This document shows, piece after piece, positions 1 through 9,510 of a stretch of 64,000 nt of DNA. Both the position numbers and the translations under genes were made by a program. This DNA comes from Candidatus Dojkabacteria bacterium (GTDB taxonomy: Bacteria > Patescibacteriota > Dojkabacteria > J137). The notes beneath the pieces are model-generated. The model was not told the DNA's origin. It made no database searches and saw only the letters and a list, made by a program, of their open reading frames with translations. Each line of letters opens with the position of its first letter. Position 1 is the first letter of the stretch. The stretch is taken from positions 23,778-87,777 of the forward strand of contig JAUQWV010000001.1 of the NCBI GenBank assembly GCA_030834985.1. The letters run 5' to 3'.

Positions 1-1
1 T

Positions 2-1768
2 GGTACCGTGATGACAGAAGCTGAAGAATTCTATAAAATTTACGGCTTAGAAACTGTATCGGTGCCTACAAATAGACCTGTTGTTAGAACTGACTATCCT
101 GATTTAATTTATAAAAATCAAAATGCTAAATTTAAGGCTGTAGTAGCAGAAGTAAAAGAAAGACATGCTAAAGGTCAGCCAGTTCTAATTGGTACAACAT
201 CTGTTGAAAAATCAGAAGTTATTTCAAGACTTTTAGATTTAGAGCAGATACCTCACGAAGTTTTGAATGCAAAATATCATGAACAAGAAGCTAAGATTAT
301 TGAAAAGGCCGGCCGCAAAGGCGCAGTAACCGTTGCAACAAATATGGCCGGCCGAGGAGCAGATATTGTTATCGGTGGTGGCTCTAGAGGTGATGCTGCT
401 TACGAAGAAATAAAAGCGCTGGGAGGTCTTCATGTAATAGGCACAGAAAGACATGAATCTAGAAGAATTGATAATCAGCTAAGAGGTAGAACGGGTAGGC
501 AAGGAGAACCTGGTTCATCTAGATTTTATGTTGCTTTAGATGACCAATTGATGAGGATCTTGGGTGGTGAAATGATGGGTAAGCTTATGAATTCAGTTGG
601 AATGCAGGAAGATATGCCAATTGAACTAGGCTTTATTACAAAACAAATTGAATCTGCACAAAAAAGAATTGAAGGAATGAACTTTGATGCAAGAAAACGT
701 ATTGTCGATTATGACGATGTTATGAATCAGCATAGAGAAATTTTCTACAGTCGAAGAAGAAATTTCTTGCAAAGTGCTGAAGAAGCTTCTGGTAAATTTG
801 TTATTGAAGGTAAGCTTGTTGATGTATCTTCTTTAACTAAAGAATCTCAAAAAAACTTCGAACCAAAAATAGAAGCAGCTCAACAGAAACTGATTTCAAT
901 AGTTAAGTCTTTGATTGATGCAGAAACAGATACATTCATTGCAAATGAATTAAGCAATAATAAAAAATGGAATAAAGAAAGTACATTAAATATTTCAAAG
1001 GATTTTACTGAAGTAGTTCCACTATCGGTTCTAGCTAAAAGTCTGAACATGCAAACTAGTAAAGTTAATAATTATATTGCTGAAGAACTTTTAAAGATAA
1101 AACCAGATAAAGCAGATAAATATTTAGTAGATTTAACAACTAAAGTTATTGAACAAAAAGAAAAAGAATTTGGTAAAGAATTTTTTTATGTATCAAAAGC
1201 AATCACTCTGCAAACAATGGATAATATTTGGGTGGATCATTTGGAATTAATGAAAGATATTAGAGATGGTATAGGATTGCGAGCTTATGCACAAAAAGAT
1301 CCTTTAGTTGAATATAAAAATGAGGCATTCGTTGTATTCGAGTTATTTATTCAAAAGATTAATAAAGATGTTGTAAAGCAGATTCTTTCAATTCAAAGAA
1401 TTACTCCAGAAATGGTTAATGCTCAGCCTCAATTTGATAATATCTCTACTAACGAGGACCAAGTTAAAGATGTTTCAACTGAAGATCGTGAATTTATATC
1501 GGGTGATGATATGGTTATAAAGGATGATAAAGTGCTTGCTTCATCTCTAGTTGGAAGGCTAGAAAGTGAAAGAAAGAAAGCTGCTCCAGGAGGCGGCTTG
1601 GGAATAGAGTTTGATACTAGAAAGATTAACGCAAAAGCATTTAGACAATTTAATAGAAACGATAAAGTTTCAGTTAAATATAAAAACGGCGAGGTAAAAA
1701 CTGATGTCAAATTTAAAAAAGTTGAAGATGATTTACTATCAGGCGCAGCAGTTATTGTTGAGAATTAA
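2..1768 (+). CDS. secA: Preprotein translocase ATPase SecA, C-terminal part (5' end lies outside the window)
   Basis: ORF open from the window edge. Translation has SecA helicase motif region (TNMAGRGADIV, GTERHESRRIDNQLRGRTGRQGEPG) and a long C-terminal scaffold/wing domain. Confidence 0.9.
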   Translation, partial: GTVMTEAEEFYKIYGLETVSVPTNRPVVRTDYPDLIYKNQNAKFKAVVAEVKERHAKGQPVLIGTTSVEKSEVISRLLDLEQIPHEVLNAKYHEQEAKIIEKAGRKGAVTVATNMAGRGADIVIGGGSRGDAAYEEIKALGGLHVIGTERHESRRIDNQLRGRTGRQGEPGSSRFYVALDDQLMRILGGEMMGKLMNSVGMQEDMPIELGFITKQIESAQKRIEGMNFDARKRIVDYDDVMNQHREIFYSRRRNFLQSAEEASGKFVIEGKLVDVSSLTKESQKNFEPKIEAAQQKLISIVKSLIDAETDTFIANELSNNKKWNKESTLNISKDFTEVVPLSVLAKSLNMQTSKVNNYIAEELLKIKPDKADKYLVDLTTKVIEQKEKEFGKEFFYVSKAITLQTMDNIWVDHLELMKDIRDGIGLRAYAQKDPLVEYKNEAFVVFELFIQKINKDVVKQILSIQRITPEMVNAQPQFDNISTNEDQVKDVSTEDREFISGDDMVIKDDKVLASSLVGRLESERKKAAPGGGLGIEFDTRKINAKAFRQFNRNDKVSVKYKNGEVKTDVKFKKVEDDLLSGAAVIVEN

Positions 1769-1774
1769 TCAGTT

Positions 1775-2971
1775 TTATAGCTGAAGGCTTCCTTCATCCC
1801 CAAGCCGCCAGTAAGCTATTCCTTTTATACCGTAATCTGCCGCGAGTTGTTTTCTTAGTTGTATAGATTCATTATTAGGCCATACAACAACTCGCGTTAC
1901 ACCACCATAATCATATTCGCCCATCATTTCACCCCAATTCTCAATAAATTTAGTAGTTACTTCATAATTATCAAAAAGCTTATCTATTCCGTTATGATAG
2001 TATGCTACCCCATTTTCAGATTCAGAAGGAGTAAAACTTAATCCGCTTTCTGAATAATAGGTTAGATCATATTCTATGGCTCTTTCGGGCCAATCGATTG
2101 CGTATGTATGAATTCCTAGAATTAATTTCTCCCTTGGGATTCCGCTTTTTATTGCATATCTAATTACGTCTTCCAGCCAATCGATTGGCCCAATAGCACC
2201 AATATGATCGCTTGAATGAATTGTGTATGAATAGCCTTGGATTATGAATTGATCAACGATCTCTCCCATCTTTTTATAATCAAGTGTTGCTTTAGATTGA
2301 CTGTAGGATATGTGATCACCCCATTTAGCCAGTGCACTGAACTGCAAGATTTTTTCATGTTCTGCTAATCTACTTTTTAAAGTCCGAAGCATTTCTAAAA
2401 ATAACTTTTGATCATTAATATAAAAGAGTTCAAAGTCCAGATCTATACCTGCATATCCATATGTAACTACATAGTCAATTGTTTCTTCAATGAACCGATC
2501 TATATTTTCTTGAGAATTTAATACACTAGATAGTTTGTCTTTATCAAAAGAAGTAATTGTAGGAATTAGATTAATATTATTATCTTGAGTATAGTAAATT
2601 AAATCGTCCCAGTTTGTATAAAGATTAGTTTTTAGTGTTCCATCTTCATTTAAATCAAACCAAAAAGGACTGACATTTTTAATAAATGTATTATTCTGCA
2701 GTGTTTCAAATCCGCTTACCATATCCCAATCTGGAATCCATCCGTAATATTCAAGTTGATCAATATTTTTAGGCTGTTTAGAAATAGACCTGATCTGCTC
2801 TACCTCTATATTTAATTCACTTTGATTTGAGGTGAAGATCTTAATTTCATTTACTTTTGTGACATCAATAGTGTCGGGATTTAAGTATTTTATGTAAGCA
2901 AAATACCCTGCTACAGCAATTACTACACTAAAGAATAAAAATAAGATGATCCGCATAATAGGTTTATTCAC
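1775..2971 (-). CDS. Glycoside hydrolase family 18-like (chitinase/YaaH-like) membrane-anchored protein
   Basis: 398 aa ORF with an N-terminal TM helix. GIDLDFE resembles the GH18 DxDxE catalytic motif. Confidence 0.55.
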   Translation of the reverse strand: MNKPIMRIILFLFFSVVIAVAGYFAYIKYLNPDTIDVTKVNEIKIFTSNQSELNIEVEQIRSISKQPKNIDQLEYYGWIPDWDMVSGFETLQNNTFIKNVSPFWFDLNEDGTLKTNLYTNWDDLIYYTQDNNINLIPTITSFDKDKLSSVLNSQENIDRFIEETIDYVVTYGYAGIDLDFELFYINDQKLFLEMLRTLKSRLAEHEKILQFSALAKWGDHISYSQSKATLDYKKMGEIVDQFIIQGYSYTIHSSDHIGAIGPIDWLEDVIRYAIKSGIPREKLILGIHTYAIDWPERAIEYDLTYYSESGLSFTPSESENGVAYYHNGIDKLFDNYEVTTKFIENWGEMMGEYDYGGVTRVVVWPNNESIQLRKQLAADYGIKGIAYWRLGDEGSLQL

Positions 2972-4079
2972 CTAATGTTAAAGGTTTGTCGACTTCTTCT
3001 GCTGTAATGGCAATGTTCTCACCTGTGATTTTAAATACATCTTTATCTAGTGATTTTAAGTTTTTGAAGGCAGAGTTATACGTACCAACTGCAGTACCCA
3101 TTTGTTTACCCAATTTAGAGAAGTTTTCTTCAAAAGTGTTAATATCCTTACCTAATTTCTCAACATTTTTTTGAATTTCCTGCGCCTGCTTTTCAATTTT
3201 TAACGCATTCAAACCTTGCAATACAGTTTGTAAATATGCCAAGAATGATGTTGGCGATACAATAATAACTTTCTTTTGTTTGAATGCATATTCTATTAAA
3301 TCATGAGTATTAGTTTTTATAACTCCAATCTTATTAACCAGTAAATCATAGTAGATACCTTCAGAAGGAATAAACATAAAAGCAAAGTCCATTGTATTTT
3401 CTGTTGGTCTAATATATTTAGAAGTTTCGTCAATTCTATTTTTTAAATCTTGTTTAAATATTTTTTGTAGTGCTTCTTTTTCTATTTCATCCTGGCATTC
3501 AACTATCTTATTGTAGTTTTCTAATGAAAATTTAGAATCAACAGGAATTATTTTATCTTTAACAAAAATTGCAGCGTCAACTAAATCTCCATCTTCAAAT
3601 TTATACTGCATTTCAAAAGTTCCAGGTGGCAGAACATTTTCTAAGACTGTTTCTAAAAAATACTCACCTAATATACCTCTCTGTTTAGGATTTTTTAAAA
3701 TATTCTCAAGACTTTGTAATTGTCCTGCAAAGTTTTGAATCTGTTTGTTTGTTTCTCCAACTTTTGTAAGTTCTTGAGTAATATTTTTAATATTTTGTGA
3801 ATATTCCTGAAAGTTCTTTTGTGAAATAGCAAACTGCTGAAGAATACTTTTGTTAGAAGTTCCTAGTTGTTCATTAAGTGCTCTATTCTGTTCAGAAAGT
3901 CTGTCGCTTAATTCTTTTTTTGTTTCATTCTGCAGCTGTAGTAAGTTATTAATCTGAGTTTGAAGTAATACGGCAGTTTTATCTTCATCTTTTGGCTTAT
4001 TTATTTTTACAATTAAAACAGCAACAGCTCCAATTAAGATAATTAGCAATACGATGGTTATAAGGCTTACAGGCTCCAT
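2964..4079 (-). CDS. rmuC: DNA recombination protein RmuC
   Basis: N-terminal TM, long coiled-coil (Q/N/E/K-rich), C-terminal RmuC-type region (FAFMFIPSEGIYYDLL). Confidence 0.75.
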   Translation of the reverse strand: MEPVSLITIVLLIILIGAVAVLIVKINKPKDEDKTAVLLQTQINNLLQLQNETKKELSDRLSEQNRALNEQLGTSNKSILQQFAISQKNFQEYSQNIKNITQELTKVGETNKQIQNFAGQLQSLENILKNPKQRGILGEYFLETVLENVLPPGTFEMQYKFEDGDLVDAAIFVKDKIIPVDSKFSLENYNKIVECQDEIEKEALQKIFKQDLKNRIDETSKYIRPTENTMDFAFMFIPSEGIYYDLLVNKIGVIKTNTHDLIEYAFKQKKVIIVSPTSFLAYLQTVLQGLNALKIEKQAQEIQKNVEKLGKDINTFEENFSKLGKQMGTAVGTYNSAFKNLKSLDKDVFKITGENIAITAEEVDKPLTLGE

Positions 4080-4184
4080 AAAGATTAGGTTAAGAATAAC
4101 TGTAGTTATTCTATCATAAGTGTACCAGGGAATTTAGTGATTGGAGGGCGGAATCCCGCTCCTCCAGATCGGAAATAAAGGATT

Positions 4185-4421
4185 TTATGCGTAAGTTGGC
4201 AGAGGGTTTTTTCGTTTATACTCCTCCAGCCTTCTTAATGCATCTTGTGGCGCGCTCGCTAAAGCGGTATTGAGCGCTTGCTCCGCGTCAAATCGCCGAT
4301 AGCCAGCAGCCTCGACTTCAAAACTTGAGCCGTGCCTGCTTTTTTCTACGGTTGTTTTGACAGCTGAATAGTACTCCTTATACGCCTCAATTAACGCTTC
4401 TGCGAGTTGGTCATTAGACAT
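4185..4421 (-). CDS. Hypothetical small protein (78 aa), GC-rich orphan gene
   Basis: ORF with SD (aaggaga) 8 nt upstream of the ATG on the minus strand. Local GC is much higher than its neighbours. Confidence 0.4.
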   Translation of the reverse strand: MSNDQLAEALIEAYKEYYSAVKTTVEKSRHGSSFEVEAAGYRRFDAEQALNTALASAPQDALRRLEEYKRKNPLPTYA

Positions 4422-4564
4422 GCTATTCTCCTTTTTTACCGAGCTTAAAATTTTATCATGTGTTACTCAAACCTGGCAACTAAAAGAGCTGTTGGTGATT
4501 GTAGAATTTAAACTTAGTATGAGCTGTGCTAAACTTTTCTTAATTTAACTTACTTACAAGATTT

Positions 4565-5572
4565 ATGGAACAACTCACACTTATTGCAGGGTTAGTTTTA
4601 TTAGCTATGGCTGTAACTTTCGCCTATGCGCCGTTTTTAATTAAACTTTTATATAAATTTCAAATTGTTGTTCGGCATCAGCTTATGGACAATAAAATGA
4701 ATGAAGAGTTTGTAAAAATCCAGGGACATAAAACAGGAACTCCAACACTTGGAGGTTTGATGATTGCTGTTTCAGTGTTTTTTCTAGTTATGTTTTGGGT
4801 TCCTGCATCTGACTTAAAGAATGTTTTTTTAATTTTCTGGACACTCTTTACATTGTATGGATTAATTGAAGGTTTAATTGTTTATGCAAGAAAGTTAAGT
4901 GATAAATTTAGAGCATTGGAATCTAGTTTTGAGTGGCGTTTGGGAAAACTTGCAATTTTGTATCTTCTAGGACTTTGGGCAGTCTATTCTATTGTTACTA
5001 TGCTAGCTATAAGTGAGATCACGCTTTTTGGCTTAACAATTTTAATTAATCCTTTAACAATAATTATTGGCTCATTCTTTTTTATTCTTGCGATGTATGC
5101 AATGGAAATCACTGATGGGGCAGATGGATTAGTCACAGGGCAATTTTTAATTGCATTCATATCTTATACCGTAATTAGTTTAGTTTCTGGCAACTTGAAT
5201 TTATTGCCATACCTGGCGTTTATGATAGGATCTTCTCTTGTGTATCTATATTTTAATATTAATCCTGCAAGAGTTTTTATGGGAGGAACGGGCACTTTCC
5301 CAATCGCATTTGCAATTTTATTCTTTTCTATTCTCACAAATACCGTAGATATATTATTAATAATGGGATTAATATTTTGGACAGAACTTGCAACTAGCGC
5401 TTTACAAATTTTATGGATTAAATTCCTTAAAAAGAGATTATTTAAAATTGCACCTTTTCATCATTATTTTGAGTCAATCGGCTGGCCGGAAACAAAGATG
5501 GTTCAAAGGTTTTGGTTATTTTCAGCAATTTTTGCAATACTCTCTTTATTTATATTTGGATTAACCAGATAG
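4565..5572 (+). CDS. mraY: MraY-family (phospho-MurNAc-pentapeptide transferase-like) polytopic membrane protein; canonical catalytic Asp residues not found
   Basis: Clear MraY blocks: KTGTPTLGG, EITDGADGL, ARVFMGG.G, KIAPFHHYFESIGWPE..RFW. No DD dipeptide anywhere in the protein. The GDVGS position reads GGTGT and HHH reads HHY. Confidence 0.8.
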   Translation: MEQLTLIAGLVLLAMAVTFAYAPFLIKLLYKFQIVVRHQLMDNKMNEEFVKIQGHKTGTPTLGGLMIAVSVFFLVMFWVPASDLKNVFLIFWTLFTLYGLIEGLIVYARKLSDKFRALESSFEWRLGKLAILYLLGLWAVYSIVTMLAISEITLFGLTILINPLTIIIGSFFFILAMYAMEITDGADGLVTGQFLIAFISYTVISLVSGNLNLLPYLAFMIGSSLVYLYFNINPARVFMGGTGTFPIAFAILFFSILTNTVDILLIMGLIFWTELATSALQILWIKFLKKRLFKIAPFHHYFESIGWPETKMVQRFWLFSAIFAILSLFIFGLTR

Positions 5573-5574
5573 AA

Positions 5575-6062
5575 ATGCGAAGAGGGCAGCTGCAATATGC
5601 GAGCTGCCCTCTGAAACCGGGATTCTCCATTCCCGGATTGAACCTGGGGGAAGACTCCCCACAGGCGGGCCAAATATTTGACCATCGCCAGATTTGCTCG
5701 TCCCGCAGCCGGGGCGCGACCGATGCTGTTCACTCTGAGAGTGTCCAGCGCAGTGTTGTCGCGCCAATCAGGGACGCTGCGCAAATCTTACAGCCGTTGC
5801 CGGCTGTGGCTTAGGTCTCCCCGCTTACGCTCCCTGGTGGGAGCCTGGGCGGGGCTATCTTTCTTCAGAAAACCCATCCTTTTTTCCTTTCGCGAAGGTT
5901 CGCCAATAAAGGTGACCGCTGGTAGTGCCCATCGTTCTACCCTTGAGACGAGATCTCAAGCGGCTGATTACGCCACCCACCTCGGCGGTTTGGCTCGGGC
6001 TTTCCGCAGAGCCGCCTGAAAGAGCTTGAAGTTTTTATTAGAAACTCACTCAGGCGGCTCTG
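5575..6062 (-). ncRNA. rnpB: GC-rich structured non-coding RNA, most consistent with RNase P RNA (rnpB); tmRNA not excluded
   Basis: ~60% GC block in a ~33% GC genome. Only Arg-rich overlapping ORFs on both strands, none with an SD. On the minus strand, in order: hairpin cagagccgcctga..tcaggcggctctg, directly followed by GGAAAGCCCGAGCC (cf. CR-I GGAAAGUCCGGGCUCC), then GCCAAACCGCCGAGGTGG, AAGGGTAGAACGATGG (cf. CR-II AGGGUGAAANGGUG), then GCTCCCACCAGGGAGCGTAAG (cf. ACUCCACCCGGAGCAAGG). A CR-V/P4 3' strand was not found by eye. Confidence 0.45.
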
Positions 6063-6208
6063 TTAGTTGTTTATTTATTAAAAAGCTATATTCATTATAT
6101 ACTTTTATGCCCGGATAAGTCAATACTTTTTGGCAACAAAACAATAAGCCGCTCTCCCCTCAAATCCTTTTACCTGATATAATTAGTGCGTTTTGTTAAT
6201 CGACGAAA

Positions 6209-8146
6209 ATGTCTACTAATCAGTTTATTCGAAATTTTTGCATAATTGCTCATATAGACCACGGCAAGTCTACCCTAGCTGACCGCCTTATTGAGACTAC
6301 GGGTGCGGTAGCAAGTCGTGAAATGAAAGATAGAATGCTTGATACTTTAGAATTAGAGCAAGAGCGTGGAATCACAATTAAACTCCAGACTGCTCGCTTA
6401 AAATATAATTATAAAGGCGACAAAGCAGAAAAAGGTGAATATACTCTTAATCTTATAGATACTCCAGGTCATGTTGATTTTAGTTATGAAGTTTCAAGAT
6501 CTGTTGCTGCTAGTGAAGGGTGCTTATTGTTAGTTGATGCAACGCAAGGCATTCAGGCGCAAACTTTAACAACTGTGTATAAAGCAATGGAATACGATCT
6601 AAAAATTATTCCAGTGATAAATAAAATTGATATGGATATTGCTGAAGTCGAACGAACAAAGCAAGAGATGATAGAAACTTTTGGCTTCAGTGAAGATGAA
6701 ATTATTTTGGCTTCAGGAAAATCTGGTATAGGTGTGAAAGAAATTTTAGATGCAGTTGTTGAAAGAATTCCTGCATATAAAAAAGAAGATACAAAAATTC
6801 TGTCAGACGAAGATGAGTTAGCTGTAATAGAAGGCAAGGAAATATCAAATACAAAAGCTGTAGTTTTTGATGCTTTTTTTCATGAATATAAAGGAGTAAC
6901 TGCCTTAATTAAAGTTATAAGCGGTGAAATAAAAAAAGGCGATAAAGTTTATTTTATAAGTACTCAAACAGATGTGTCACCAGTAGAAATTGGGTATCTA
7001 ATGCCTAAAATGACAGAAACTTCAGCTATTAAAGAAGGTGAAGTTGGATATATTGCTACGGGCTTAAAGGATATTCATAAAGTTCATTCGGGCGATACAA
7101 TTACTTTATTTAAACAAAACAATTCCCATACAAAAATTCAACCTTTAAAAGGTTACAGACAGCCAAAGCCAATGGTTTATGCTAGTTTGTATCCTGTTGA
7201 AGCTAGTGATTATGAATCTTTTAAAGAGGCATTAGAAAAATTATCATTAAACGATGCTGCTCTAACTTATCAAAAAGAATATTCTCAGGCACTTGGAACT
7301 GGATTTGTTTGCGGTTTTTTAGGCTTGCTACATCTTGAAATCACTCAAGATAGATTAGAACGTGAATATAATATAGATCTTATAAGCACAACTCCAACTG
7401 TAGAATTTAGAGTTTTATTATCAACTAAAGATTATTCCAAGGTTCCGAATATTAATGTTTCAAATATAGATCCCGAAACAAATATTGCAACAATTAGAAC
7501 TGCTGCCGAATTTCCTGAAGGAAGTCACTTAGAAGAAGTTTACGAGCCGTGGGTAAAGTTAGACATTATTACTCCCGAAGAATATATTGGATCAATAATG
7601 GAACTTTGCCAAAATCGAAGAGGCGTTTATAGGCACATGAACTTTTTGAATAAATCAGGAAGTAAAAATCATGCAATCATTGAATACGAAATACCAACAG
7701 TAGAAATTATTGTTAACTTTTTTGATAAATTAAAGTCACTAAGCCACGGTTATGCATCAATGGATTATTCTTTTTTAGAATATCGAAAGGGAGATATTGT
7801 AAAGGTTTCATTATTAGTAAATGGTGAGCCAGCAGAATCATTAAGCTTTTTAACTCATAGATCAAATTCTCAAAGGCGCGGGAGAGAGATGGTTGAAAAA
7901 TTGAAGGAGCTCATCCCGCGCCAGCAATTCAAAGTTCCAATTCAAGCTGCCATTGGTAGCCAGGTGATTGCCCGAGAAACGATTGATGCTTATAAAAAAG
8001 ATGTGCTTGCTAAGCTATATGGTGGTGATGTAACTAGAAAATTAAAATTGTTAGAAAAGCAGAAAAAAGGTAAAAAGAAAATGAAAGCTATTGGCAGTGT
8101 CGAGATTCCTAAAGAAGCTTTTTTAGCTGCGCTAAAAATTGACTAA
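6209..8146 (+). CDS. lepA: Elongation factor 4 (LepA) GTPase
   Basis: G-domain motifs (AHIDHGKST, DTPGH, NKID) and a LepA-specific C-terminal domain. Confidence 0.9.
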   Translation: MSTNQFIRNFCIIAHIDHGKSTLADRLIETTGAVASREMKDRMLDTLELEQERGITIKLQTARLKYNYKGDKAEKGEYTLNLIDTPGHVDFSYEVSRSVAASEGCLLLVDATQGIQAQTLTTVYKAMEYDLKIIPVINKIDMDIAEVERTKQEMIETFGFSEDEIILASGKSGIGVKEILDAVVERIPAYKKEDTKILSDEDELAVIEGKEISNTKAVVFDAFFHEYKGVTALIKVISGEIKKGDKVYFISTQTDVSPVEIGYLMPKMTETSAIKEGEVGYIATGLKDIHKVHSGDTITLFKQNNSHTKIQPLKGYRQPKPMVYASLYPVEASDYESFKEALEKLSLNDAALTYQKEYSQALGTGFVCGFLGLLHLEITQDRLEREYNIDLISTTPTVEFRVLLSTKDYSKVPNINVSNIDPETNIATIRTAAEFPEGSHLEEVYEPWVKLDIITPEEYIGSIMELCQNRRGVYRHMNFLNKSGSKNHAIIEYEIPTVEIIVNFFDKLKSLSHGYASMDYSFLEYRKGDIVKVSLLVNGEPAESLSFLTHRSNSQRRGREMVEKLKELIPRQQFKVPIQAAIGSQVIARETIDAYKKDVLAKLYGGDVTRKLKLLEKQKKGKKKMKAIGSVEIPKEAFLAALKID

Positions 8147-8163
8147 TTAATTATTATTAAGCT

Positions 8164-9273
8164 ATGACTCTTTTAGAAAATATCAGCGAACTAGAAAACA
8201 GAATAAAAGCTATTGTAAAAAAGAAAGATTTACAATCTTTACAGATTCAAAAAGATGAGTTGGAAGCTAAAAGTATGGCCCCTGATTTTTGGAATAATCC
8301 TGAGGAAGCTCAAAAGGTTATGCAAACCTTAGGCGGTTTAAAAACAGAGATTGAAGATATGCAGAATCTAGAAAAATCAATAGAAGATATTAAAGAACTC
8401 GCGGCTGATGAGTCAGTAACGTCAATTAGAGATCAATCGGAGGAGGTTGAAAATGAAGTTGCTCAAATGATAAGGTCTGGGCTTGAAGATTTAGAAGATA
8501 AAGTTGAAGAAGTCGAACTTACCACTTTTTTAAGTGGTAAGTTCGACACCAATAATGCAATTTTAAAAATTGTTGCGGGCCAAGGAGGTACAGAAGCTTG
8601 TGATTGGGCTAGTATGGTTCTAAGGATGTATACCAGATACGCAAATGCTAAAGGCTGGAAAGTAAGTATTATTGATAAAGTAGATGGTACTGAAGCTGGA
8701 ATTGCTAGTGCAGAGTTATTCATAGAAGGCAGATATGCTTATGGATATTTAAAACATGAGCATGGTACTCATAGATTAGTAAGAAACTCTCCTTTTAATG
8801 CACAAGGTCTAAGACAAACATCATTTGTTGGTGTAGAAGTACTCCCTGAAGTTAATGAAGACATAGACATAGAGGTAAAGGACGAGGATTTGGAATTTAG
8901 TGCAGTAAGAAGCGGAGGTGCTGGAGGACAAAATGTAAATAAAGTTGCATCTAAAGTCAGACTTGTTCATATACCTACAGGGATTGTTGTTGAATCTTCA
9001 AGTCAAAGAACTCAGCATGCAAATAGAGAATCTGCTATGCGTCTGTTAAAAGCAAGGCTTTACGAAATTGAAGAAAGTAAAAAGAAAGCTGAGATGGCTC
9101 AGACTAAAGGAGAATATAAAGTTGCAGGATGGGGAAATCAAATTAGGAATTACGTTTTACAACCATATAAACTGGTAAAGGATGTTAGAACAGATGTTGA
9201 AACTTCTAATGCAGATGCCGTACTAGACGGCGATCTGCAAATTTTTATTGATGCAGAAGTTAGAATGCTTTAA
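8164..9273 (+). CDS. prfB: Peptide chain release factor 2
   Basis: SPF tripeptide and GGQ motif (GGAGGQNVNK). Continuous ORF; no in-frame UGA frameshift site. Confidence 0.9.
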   Translation: MTLLENISELENRIKAIVKKKDLQSLQIQKDELEAKSMAPDFWNNPEEAQKVMQTLGGLKTEIEDMQNLEKSIEDIKELAADESVTSIRDQSEEVENEVAQMIRSGLEDLEDKVEEVELTTFLSGKFDTNNAILKIVAGQGGTEACDWASMVLRMYTRYANAKGWKVSIIDKVDGTEAGIASAELFIEGRYAYGYLKHEHGTHRLVRNSPFNAQGLRQTSFVGVEVLPEVNEDIDIEVKDEDLEFSAVRSGGAGGQNVNKVASKVRLVHIPTGIVVESSSQRTQHANRESAMRLLKARLYEIEESKKKAEMAQTKGEYKVAGWGNQIRNYVLQPYKLVKDVRTDVETSNADAVLDGDLQIFIDAEVRML

Positions 9274-9501
9274 TTATTCTTCTATATCGTCAACTTCGTC
9301 ATCTGTGTCAACCTCATCATCGTCTTCTTCCTCCTCATCTTTCATATTATCGTCATCATCTTCAAAATCTTCTTCTTGAATTGGTATCTCGGGAGCTGTA
9401 ACAGTTGCAGTATTTTCCTGGTCTGCATCTAATACTCCATCTGGAGTTAAACCTTCTTCTAACTCTGCGGCTGTTGGAACTGTGTTGCTATCGTCATTCA
9501 T
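9274..9501 (-). CDS. Small poly-acidic protein (75 aa; D/E-rich C-terminal half)
   Basis: ORF 9 nt downstream of the receiver gene on the same strand. The C-terminal 40 aa are almost entirely D/E. Confidence 0.4.
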   Translation of the reverse strand: MNDDSNTVPTAAELEEGLTPDGVLDADQENTATVTAPEIPIQEEDFEDDDDNMKDEEEEDDDEVDTDDEVDDIEE

Positions 9502-9510
9502 AGAACTACA

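Noticed and set aside
5503-6019. Four mutually overlapping ORFs (93, 100, 68, 113 aa) on both strands in the GC-rich block
   Set aside because: The products are Arg/Ala/Pro-rich low-complexity. There are no SD sequences, and both strands are open simply because of high GC. This is much better explained as a structured RNA locus.
8164-9273. Looked for the programmed +1 frameshift site usually found near codon 25 of prfB
   Set aside because: The ORF is continuous from the ATG with no in-frame UGA. This is a frameshift-free prfB, as occurs in a minority of bacteria, and not anomalous.
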